NCBI RefSeq assembly: GCF_001272835.1
Contig: NZ_CP010546.1
Coordinates: forward strand, 782,809 to 814,808
Reading direction: 5' to 3'
Length of the DNA stretch: 32,000 bases
Origin: Mycoplasmoides pneumoniae FH
GTDB taxonomy: Bacteria; Bacillota_I; Bacilli_A; Mycoplasmatales; Mycoplasmoidaceae
In this document: in pieces, positions 18,404 through 27,800 of the stretch
How positions within the stretch are numbered: position 1 is the first letter of the stretch
Layout: every line of letters begins with the position of its first letter
Notes under the pieces: generated by a model
Database searches by the model: none
What the model was told of the DNA's origin: nothing
What the model saw: the letters and a program-made list of their open reading frames with translations, nothing else
Made by a program: the position numbers and the translations under genes

Positions 18404-18572
18404 CCATATACACAGAAAGCGAACTAAATAAATAGGTTGTCCCATTCCGCTAACTGCAGTTTTATTATAAAAGAAATAACTAACCTTCGGAGTGGCTTTC
18501 TTTCTATACTGAGCAGGAGGCGACTAAAATAGTTGAATAATTCTGTCTACTGCAATCTAGTTATAAAAAACT
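18379..18572. repeat. Imperfect tandem direct repeat, about 97 bp x 2
   Basis: Anchors 'gtggcttt' (18395 and 18492) and 'ttataaaa' (18465 and 18561) recur at a 96-97 bp offset. Matching blocks between them include tatac, cga(a)ctaaa, ctactgca and ttataaaa. The second unit has lost the left arm of the hairpin. Confidence 0.55.
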
Positions 18573-18597
18573 CACCTAAAAGGTAGTTATTAACACC

Positions 18598-18620
18598 AAA
18601 AAAGCTTTTTAGAAGCTTTC
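18598..18620 (-). terminator. Weak terminator-like hairpin after the HD-domain gene
   Basis: A 7-bp A/T-rich stem, aaagctt/aagcttt, with a 5-nt loop. On the minus strand it is followed by a UUUUUU-containing tail. It lies about 120 nt past the TAA at 18741..18739. Confidence 0.3.
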
Positions 18621-18738
18621 TTAGTTTCAATTAAATAAACTCAGTGAATTAATTAAGCTTAACCAACTAACTTAGGCTTTTTCTTGAAGATAACGTTTAA
18701 GTATCAACTTCATGGTTTTGAATATCTTCTATCAATGC

Positions 18739-20016
18739 TTAAAGGCGGTAGAAAACGTTAGCCCACTTGTACAGTGCATTTTCAAAGAACAGTTCATTAC
18801 TACGCTTTACCAACATACTGATTTCACTGAGGTTAGTGTGCTTGTTTTGCATAGTTTTAATTTTGAGCTCATTCTTATGACTACTTCAACCCTCATAAAA
18901 GCCCTTAAACTGATTGTTAAACTTCGTAATAAAGTACTTAGCATCCTTGTACTTGCTCGCCTGTTTTTCAAAGTCTAAGTCCCTCTGTTCCTTGGTTTCG
19001 TAAAACTTAATTTCGAACTTCAAACTGTTTAAATAACTGTCCAACAACTTCTTTAAGATCTTGTCCTTGGTGGTTTGGTACAAGTTAACAAAGAACGATT
19101 GGAACACATAGTCATCTAACTTAACAAACGCTGGCAGCATCTTTTTGTCAAAGTGTTCGTTCTTGAGTAGTGGTAAGCACACCTGTTCTAAGGTTTTATA
19201 ACCGTTGAAGTCAAACTGGTTTTTGTCCACTAAGTCCTTAATTCGTTGAAAGACAAACCAAAGGTTTAACTCGGTGGAAATACTCCTGCCATCGCTGTAG
19301 ATTGATTGGTACATGTGGTGCCGGGTAATTAAGAAGTTTTCAATTAAGGGCAAGCACTTATCCTTAAAGAAGATTTCGTAAATCCCCTTGACCTTGACAC
19401 AGTCCATCTCCTTAATAATCGTTTGGTAATCTATCAAGGAATGACTGGTACCCGTAAAGTAGGAATCGCGCAACAGGTAATCCATCCGGTCAGCATCCAA
19501 GTCAGATGAAATTAACTGGCGCATCCAGTAGTTGGATGGCTTTAACTCCTTGTTTTCATCAATTAAAGCAGCTACTAGTTTAGGATCAATCTGGTTCGCC
19601 TTTAAGATTGATTTAATCGGTTCACTGTTGACAAATAAGGTTGTAACTTCTTCGTGGATAAACAGCTCCTTCTTAAAGTTAGGGGCTTTGGCAAAGTAAA
19701 TCTCAAAGGCATGGGAATGCGGTGCATGACCAATGTCGTGCAGTAATCCCGCTACTAACACCGTTTGCTTTTTGTTTTCATTAATCGGAGCAAACGCGGG
19801 GGTGTTTAAGATCCGCCTTAACAGTTCATAAACCCCCAAGGAGTGGGAATAACGCGTGTGCACGCCCCCCGGATAAAAATGAAAGTTAATTCCTAGCTGC
19901 TTAATGTTACGTAAACGGCGAAACGCTTCCGTTTCCACCAACTCATACATCCACTTAGTTTGTTGGTCAAACAGCACTTCCCCTAAAATGGGATCTTTAA
20001 AAAAGATTTGTTGCAT
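18739..20016 (-). CDS. HD-domain phosphohydrolase, SAMHD1/dNTP-triphosphohydrolase-like (425 aa)
   Basis: Track ORF 18886..20016 ends in TGA. Read as Trp, it continues 48 codons to TAA 18741..18739. Motifs 'RYSHSLGV', '[12 protein letters not shown]' and '[16 protein letters not shown]'. The start overlaps the gltX end by 20 nt. Confidence 0.88.
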
Positions 20017-21451
20017 GAATAAATTCTTGAAGCAGCGCTAATACCTGAGTCTTACCGTGCAGCACCATGATGCCCGCCAAATCAGGACCATGCTCTTTGT
20101 TGGTAAAGATCAACCGTAGTGGCATAAACAGCTTTTTGCCCTTCAGATTAAACTGTTCACCAATTTGGGTTAAGGTACTTTTGACATTGTCCTTCGTCCA
20201 ATCAGGTAGGGCTTGGAGTTGTTCACTCAGTTGTTGTAGGGCTGGTTGGAGCTCTTTGAAGAGTTCACGGTGCTTAACACTTAAATGCTGCACCCCTAAC
20301 TTGGGGGCAAAGGTTTCCTTAATCAGTTGGTTAATTTCAATGCCAAACGCTAGTTGGTTTTTGAACAACAGACTGACTTCTTTGCGCTTGTCCTTGAGGT
20401 AATCAAAGTCAATCGTTAAGTAGTTATCAATAAAGTTAAAGTAGGCATTATCACTCAACTCCTTAATGTAGTGCGCATTAATTCACTGGAGTTTCTTAAT
20501 GTCAAAGAAAGCGGGGGCGCCCACTACTCGATTGACCGTAAAGCTTTCAATTAGTTGGTTGATGGTAAAAAACTCGCGGTTAAAGTCCGAATTTCAACCC
20601 AGTAAGGCCAAGAAGTTTACCACCGCTTCTGGTAGGTAACCCTCTTGTTTGAACTGTTCAATGAACTGGATCGTTTTGGTATCACGCTTAGACAGTTTCT
20701 TGCCACTCTTGTCGACTATCACCGATAAATGACCAAAGCGGGGAATCTTTTGATAGCCTAAGGCTTGGTTAATTGCTAGTTGGTAAGCGGTGTTGGAAAT
20801 GTGTTCCGCCCCCCGCAACACATCGGTAATTTCCATGTCATGGTCATCAATGACTACGGCAAAGTTATACGTGGCAATGCCATTGGCCTTCAATAAAACA
20901 ATATCGGTGAGGGAGTTCCCGGGAATAGTAATCTTGCCCCGAACCTGGTCGTTTCAGGCAAACTCAGCGTCCTGGTTAATCTTTAAGCGAATCGTGAAGG
21001 GTACTTGGTTGTCTAAGTTTGTTTGAATGTGCTTGGAGTGTAAGTTGCGACACGTTCCCAAATACTTCGGGGTTTGGTGGTGTTCTAAAGCCAATTGGCG
21101 TTCGTGTTCTAACTTTTCTTTAGTACAGAAACAACGGTAGGCCAAACCCTTGCCCACAAGTTCATAAGCTAGTTTTTTGTAGGTAGCCAACTTTTGACTT
21201 TGGATGTAAGGCCCATAATTACCCGGGTTGTAAATTGATTCATCGGGAATAATTCCTAACCAGCGCAAGTTTTCTAGTTGTGATTCAATTCCCCCTTCCA
21301 CATTGCGCTCAGTGTCAGTGTCCTCAATCCGGATAATAAACTCGCCGTTAAAGTGTTTTGCTAACAAGAAGTTAAAGATAGCAGTACGCGCACCCCCAAC
21401 ATGAAGGTAACCGGTAGGGGAAGGGGCATAACGGGTTCTAATCTTTTCCAT
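19997..21451 (-). CDS. gltX: Glutamate--tRNA ligase (484 aa)
   Basis: Three track ORFs (19997..20458, 20594..20893, 20954..21451) share one frame and are joined by TGA codons. '[15 protein letters not shown]' is the HIGH-type motif and 'KLSKR' the KMSKS-type motif. Confidence 0.96.
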
Positions 21452-22229
21452 CGCTTAAATGTGGTTTAAGGCTAAGATACAAACGAAACAACTGGGTCGG
21501 GGTTAACTCTTGGGCTCTAACCGTTGCCGCCAAGTCCTGTTGTTGTAAAACATTAGTTAACAAGGTGGGTGGGAGAAGCTGCTTGAGGTTATTGACTAAC
21601 AGCTTGCGGCGCTGGTGAAAACACTGTTTTAAGAACCGGCCAAAATGAGCTTCATAGGCTACTTGGGGTTTCTTTTTTAACAACATTAACACCGAATCCA
21701 CTTGGGGCTTGGGCTTAAAAGCAACCTTATCAATTTTAAAAACTGATTTAATTTGCAAATGGTATTGGCAAAACACACCAAAGGCACTATAGTTAGGCGA
21801 ATTTACCGGTGCTACTAACCTTTGACCAAACTCCCACTGGCACACCAGCACAAATTGTTGTAGTTTGGAAGCCAAAAAGTTAGCAATCAAAGGGGAGCTA
21901 ATACTGTAGGGAATGTTGCCACAAAGCAAAGGTATAGTGTCAGGAAAATACTGATCCAAGTTTTGTTTTAAGGCATCACCAATGGTTAGTTGTTCTTCAG
22001 TTAAGATTTCGTTGACCAAGAGGTATTCCGCTAAGCGTTTATCCAACTCTATGCCATGGTATGGTAGTTGTAACTTGAGTAAAGCCTTGGTTAACGCTCC
22101 CTTACCCGGCCCCACTTCAATTAAGGCCGTTGGGTTGAGACTCTTAATTAACCGACAGGTTTTGGCAATTACACTCTGGTCAACCGTAAAGTTTTGCCCT
22201 AATTTGCGTGAAGGATAAAAACTATTCAC
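21438..22229 (-). CDS. rsmA: 16S rRNA (adenine1518/1519-N6)-dimethyltransferase RsmA/KsgA
   Basis: 'KLGQNF' and the SAM-binding '[10 protein letters not shown]'. GTG start 22229..22227 overlaps the yidC stop by 8 nt. Confidence 0.92.
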
Positions 22230-23379
22230 GTTCTAACATTTGTTCTAATTTGGAATACGTTAACCGTCTTCTGGTACGCCTTTTAACAATAAAGAGGTGG
22301 GTTAGATAAGACTGGAGTAAGGTAAACAAGGCATTTAAGAACCAGTACACACCCACACCAGCGGCACTAAAAGCCGTAATAACAGCAAACACAAAGTAGA
22401 AAATTAACTGCATTCGCTTTGTTTTATTGAGCTGTTCAATGCTCTTTTGCGAATGCGCTTTAGCATTCTCATTGCGTTTGCTAGCCCAAATTTGGGGCAA
22501 CTTTTGCGAGATAAATTGCACTGGTAAAACAATGATTAAGAAGATAATAAAGGTTCACCCGGTACTGGTAAAGTTCGAGAAGATTTCCGTTAACGGTACC
22601 TTAGATAAGTCCCAGAAGTTAAACAGGATAATCGCTTTAATTGGTCTTAAAGTCGTGACAATCCGGTAAATAATGAGGAAGATGGGTAAGGTAACAAAGA
22701 CCTGAACAAAGGAAGCAGAAGACTTAATGTTGTGCTTCTTGTACAAGGACATGATCTCCATCTGGCGGTTGCGTTTGCTCTGTAAGTCCAACGCCCCTTT
22801 GTACTTGGCATTAATTTCTGCTAATTTGCCCTGGACCTCGTTCATTTTTTCTAACGCCAGCGTGGAGTTGAGGGTAATCACTATGGTAATTAACCGTACT
22901 AGGAACAACAACACAATCAAAGACAAGATCATGTTGAAGCCCAATTCCGGACCGCTACCTAGAGGAACCCTGGTAGCGTACATAATCGGCAACACTATTT
23001 GCGATGCTGGTCAGACAAACCAACCATAAAAGGGACCATACGCTAAGGTATAGTCACTAAAGGTAAAGTAGGGCCCCACATTATTGGACTGCAAGTCATA
23101 CCGGTAGTCCCCCGTAGTACCAAAGTTATAACCAATTTCTAACCCCGAACCTAACAGTTGGTTGGTTCCCGTTCAGGGCTGTGCTAGGGTTTGGGTACAA
23201 CCCCATAAACCTACTATGGTTAAAAAGATAAAGATCGCTACTTTAAGGACTTTAAAGATAATGCCCCAGGCCTTTTTGAGATTTTTGAGGCCGTTCTTTT
23301 CGTTAACAACGGCCGCTGATCAAAAAGGGTTAAAGGTGGTTTTGAGCTCTTTATGCTTCTTATTTAGGTTTAGGGGCAT
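22222..23379 (-). CDS. yidC: Membrane protein insertase YidC/Oxa1 family (385 aa)
   Basis: Track ORFs 22222..22521 and 22555..22995, plus 128 further upstream codons containing three in-frame TGA codons, all in one frame from ATG 23379..23377. Multi-TM protein in the conserved rpmH-rnpA-yidC context. Confidence 0.9.
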
Positions 23380-23716
23380 CGAGTTCTTGGAGCTTTTGGC
23401 AAAGGTTTAAAAAGATCGTTTGCTTTTCTTTAAATGTTAATTCAAGGAAGCCTTGATTAATAATAACCAAAACATCAACAGCGTTTAAATTGCAAAACTG
23501 TTCCCGCATGATCGCTTTAACTTGCCGTCGAATTAAGTTGCGCTCAACCGCTAACTTGTATTTGGTCTTTGATATCGAAACCGCTGCCCTTCAAGTGCGG
23601 ACGCGGTTCGGCATAAAGTAGGCCATCAAAAAGGTCGAGAAGAAGCGTCTTTTACTCCTTAGAAGGGCAGCAAATACTTTACGATCACGGAGGTGGTGCT
23701 TGGTCTTAGCGCTCAC
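23360..23716 (-). CDS. rnpA: Ribonuclease P protein component
   Basis: Absent from the track because of an internal TGA. There are 119 codons from GTG 23716..23714: '(M)[59 protein letters not shown]..'. It overlaps rpmH by 11 nt and yidC by 20 nt. The start codon is uncertain. Confidence 0.85.
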
Positions 23717-23852
23717 TGGATACGGTGAGTTGGGCGCGTTGTTTTTTTCTTCTTAACTTCAATACTTTACGACCAGAAGCAGTGGCCATGCGAGCTAAAA
23801 AGCCATGGGTTTTTGCTCGCTTTAATTTACTTGGTTGATATGTACGTTTCAT
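23706..23852 (-). CDS. rpmH: 50S ribosomal protein L34
   Basis: 48 aa: [48 protein letters not shown]. Too short for the supplied track. Confidence 0.95.
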
Positions 23853-23867
23853 GATACAGCGCTAAGT

Positions 23868-23873
23868 ATTATA
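23868..23873 (-). promoter_or_regulatory. Candidate -10 box (perfect TATAAT) for the rpmH-rnpA-yidC-rsmA-gltX-HD chain
   Basis: Reverse complement of 23868..23873 is TATAAT, 15 nt upstream of the rpmH ATG and 1 nt after the upstream ABC gene's TAG. Confidence 0.45.
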
Positions 23874-23874
23874 A

Positions 23875-24894
23875 CTAAGATAAAGGACGCACCAATTCGT
23901 TAGACACTATCTTACCATCGGAGATCTTAATGATCCTGTTAGCGATCCGCGTTAACGTTTCATCGTGGGTCACCATTAGAATAGTTTGCTTATATTCCTT
24001 ATTGATTGCTTGTAATAAGGCAATAATGTTTTCGGCTGAATTACTGTCTAAAGCCCCCGTAGGTTCGTCACAGAGCAACAAGCGCGGTTCTTTAATAATG
24101 GCACGGGCAATCGCCACCCGTTGCTTTTGACCCCCCGACATCTCGTACGGAAACTTGTACAAGATTTCCTTAATGTCGAGTTTAGCCGCTAACTCCTCGA
24201 TGTCTAAGTGGCGTTGTTCTTTAGGAATTAGGTTTTGCGAGATGGCAATGTTGTCATACGCACTTAAGAGTTCTATGAGGTTATAGCGTTGGTACACATA
24301 ACCCAGGTTTAACTTGCGGTAAGTTAAGAGCTGTTCGGTGGTACATTTTTCCAAGGGACAATTGGCCACCACACAGCTGCCCAAAGAAATTGAGTCATAA
24401 CCGCCTATTAGGTTTAAAAGGGTAGTTTTCCCCGAACCTGATGGACCTAAAATAATCACAATTTCCCCATAACCGATTTCTAGAGAAACATCGGATAAGA
24501 TAGCAATCTGTTCCTTGGAGTCCTCCCCGTGAACGTGCTTTCACATCTTGTCAATCGAGATCACCATCCCTTGTTTTTGCTCGACATAAGGAGTGCGGTA
24601 GGGGGCTTCCAGTTTTTCCTTTCACTGGGAGATCAACCCACCCTGCTTTTTCGGTTTTTTGGGTTTAGGTGCCTTGGTGGTCTTCGTGGGTTTAACTTGT
24701 TCCGGTTTAACTGCTTTCGCCTTCGGTTCCTTAACTTTTTTCACCTTAGCGGGTTTGGCCTTCTTTGTTTTCTTGTCTGATGCTAAATAATACTCAAAGG
24801 TGGCCTTAAAGCTGTTGGCCTTAACGTTTTCTAATATATCAACACACTCGTCCCAGACAAGTTCTTTCTCGGTTTTCTTTTCTGTATCTTTCAT
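23875..24894 (-). CDS. ABC transporter ATP-binding protein (LolD/MacB-type) with a ~110-aa Lys/Pro/Ala-rich N-terminal extension (339 aa)
   Basis: Track ORFs 23875..24459 and 24622..24894 share a frame and are joined by TGA codons. Walker A 'GPSGSGKTT', signature '[14 protein letters not shown]', Walker B 'LLLCDEPT'. Confidence 0.9.
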
Positions 24895-24895
24895 C

Positions 24896-27800
24896 CTAGA
24901 AGCCCTCCTTTAGTTCCGCTGAACGCAGTTTAATTCAGAAGTAAGAACCTATTACAAAGATGGTAGCACCAAACAGGACTATCCCCACCATGTAAGGTAA
25001 GAATTCAAACACGTTGGTTAAAAAGACCTGGGCAACCCCAAAGACTAGGGCTTGTACTCCTACTAGTAACCCAGCTAAGATAGCAATCGAGATTAATAAC
25101 GAAAGTACAAAAGCGGGAATAAAGAAGCACAAGAGACTAACTAAGTTTTGACTATCTTTGTAACCAATCGATTTTAAGGAAATAAAGATCCGTTTCATTT
25201 CCTCTAACATCGAGATCCCCAAGACCACACAGGTAATAAAGATAAAGGGAATAATGGTGCCCAACAAGAACCCATCAACTTGGTTCACGGTATTAAACAA
25301 CACCTCAGCATTATTCCTGATAATTTGAGCACTAGCACCAGCGGCATCTAATTTGAGAGCTGGCACCATGATGTTATCGCCAAAGATACCTCTAGCACCA
25401 CTAGCTAATGATTGAGTTGAAGATCATTCGCTCGTATATTTTTCGATAACCTTTTTTCTGAGGTTTTCATAGGTCATGCTATCCACACCATTCTCACCCT
25501 TTTCCTTAGCCAACTGCTTTAAGATATCCGGATCACTTGGTAAGATTGAGGTAATAATCTTGTTTTCCTTACCCTTAACGAGGTTAGTAAAGTTATTACC
25601 AAAATCCGTAAAGTTACCCCAGACACCAATGTTGGAGTTAAGTACTAGCGCTTTACTTACCAAAGAAGGGTTGAGTTCCTTGGAGAAGACCCCGTTAAAG
25701 GGAACATAACCAGTTGGCTTGACGTACTCAATCTTGTACTTGTCTTTGGTGGTAGAAGAGGTACTTCCACCCCCACAAGAGCCACCGCCAGACGAAGTAC
25801 CACCGCTATCATCGGTGGATTGGCCGTCCTTCACCACATCCTTAATGACCCCGCGGCCATCAAAGCCATTGAGCTTTAACAAGCGGTTGGCAATGTTTTG
25901 GTTAATATACAACTCTTGGCCAAAGGCATCGGTAGATACCCCGACAACCCGGAACTTCACGGTTGGTGTTTTAGGTGGGCTCTTTAAGAACTTCTCTGAA
26001 TAGCGGGTCGCAGTGTTCTTGGGTTGAATAAAGATGAAGTCCCCGATCTTGGTGTTATTAGCGTACTGAAAGCCAGCGTTGACAATGACATTCATCTCAC
26101 TGTCAGAGCTAATTAAGCTCCTCAAGGAGTTACCACCGCTGTCAGTGAGGTTGACAAACTTGGAATCGGGACTAATTCCCGTTAAGGTGTAAGGGGAATC
26201 AGGATTCAACTCGGTTTCCTTAAAACCAAATGGTCCTTGAACATAGGTGTATGTCTCCTCTATTTGTGGATCAACCGGGACAATCCCGTACGTTAACTTC
26301 GAGTCTTGGTAGGACAACTCCGGATCACCATAGACCTTAGTAAGGAATTTAAGGAATTGTTCGTTAAATTTAACTCCACCAGGATTGAAGACGTTAATCT
26401 GGGTTAATACCCTAGCGGCATCCAACTGAATAAAGTTAGTCCGAGGGTTGCGGGTTAAGAAACCATTATTGTTGAGGTTATTAAAGTAGTCATCAGTAAG
26501 AACCGCAATTAAAAACTGGTCACTGGAAGCCGATAACAATTGGGTAATTTGTTTAGGAATGGACTTCTCGACAATTTCCCACGGGTTAATGTTGGCACCA
26601 CCAACGCGAATTGGGAAGTCAATGAGCCACTTCGACAACGAAGCATGACGGAAGAAGTTTTCGTCAGTGTTTAATTGTTGGGCACCACCAAAACTTGGGA
26701 GAAGGAGGTTACCGAGTTCGATTTCCTTACCATTATGCTTGATTGGGTTTCCGCCCCTATCACTAATCTTTAACTCTTTGAGGTTGTATGGGTGTTCTTT
26801 GTCGTTGCCTTGCTGTTGTTGCTGCTGTTGCTGTTGCTGAATTTGATCACCCTTATCTTTATACAAGGCCTTAATCCCCAAACTATCATCAGTTTGACCA
26901 AACCGGGAGTAGGGTTGGATTGCATACCAGCCGGATTGTTCTGTGGGGGTTTGCAAGTTCAACCTATAGTTAAAGTTGCGGTTTAAAACGGTGTTGGACT
27001 GCGCTGCCCCAAACTTTTGCGGGATGGTACCGGCAATCCCAATTAAAAGCAGGGCAATCGAACTTAACCCCACATAGGTAAATAACCGCGATAACCGGGA
27101 AATAATCAAGGACACCCGGAATTTACCCAAGGGAGTCATGGTGTAACTCTTGCGCTTTAATAAGTGCAAGAAGACCGAGAACTTGGTTTCATTACCCTGG
27201 TCAATCAGGACATTAACCGGTTTACTAAAGAGCTGTTTAAAGGCTATTCAGCTAATAAACTGGAAGATCACAAAGATCAACAGCATTGATCCAAAGAAGG
27301 AAATCCAGTTAAAGCTGTTGGCCGGTAGGGCTATAAACCAATACCTGGAGATAATCCCCTTAACTTGTCTTTCTAAAAGGAAGGCAAATAAGACCCCAAA
27401 GAAGGATGAGGCCAAGGCTACTATGCCGGCAAACACACTCATGCCGGCAATAAACTTGGCTGTGGAGAACCCACCAGCGCGGATAATTGAGAACTCCGTT
27501 TGGTTCTTCTTAATAAAAGACTTAATTAAGAGAATGGTGAGGTATAAGGCCAAGATGGATAAGAAGGCCGCAATGACCACACTGGCAATGGCTAAATAGT
27601 TCTGCACTAAGTCCGGGAAATAGTTCCGGGCTGTAGTTAAGTACTGGAACTTGGAGATGTCCTTAACGTTAAAGGCGAGATCACTGTCAGGGACGTTGAG
27701 ATAGCCCTTTAACTTAGAGGCCACCACCTGGATCGGATCTTGGCCAGGGAACTTCGCTTTAATGTCATCCGACTTAAAGGCGTAGTAGTTCTCCTCACTA

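Noticed and set aside
18365-18445. A 26-codon minus-strand ORF (MGQPIYLVRFLCIWKSHPSGGFYIVL) inside repeat unit A.
   Set aside because: The ATG is not conserved in repeat unit B, and much of the ORF is encoded by the hairpin itself. An RNA-level function is the more economical reading.
18712-18978. Plus-strand 88-aa ORF at the edge of the accessory spacer.
   Set aside because: Once the HD-domain gene is extended through its TGA to 18739, this ORF is entirely antisense to it.
26810-26839. The poly-Gln-coding triplet tract considered as a slipped-strand phase-variation switch.
   Set aside because: The repeat is an irregular mix of CAA and CAG. Any change in length would be in multiples of 3 and would keep the frame. 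It could act as a length-variable linker but not as an on/off switch.
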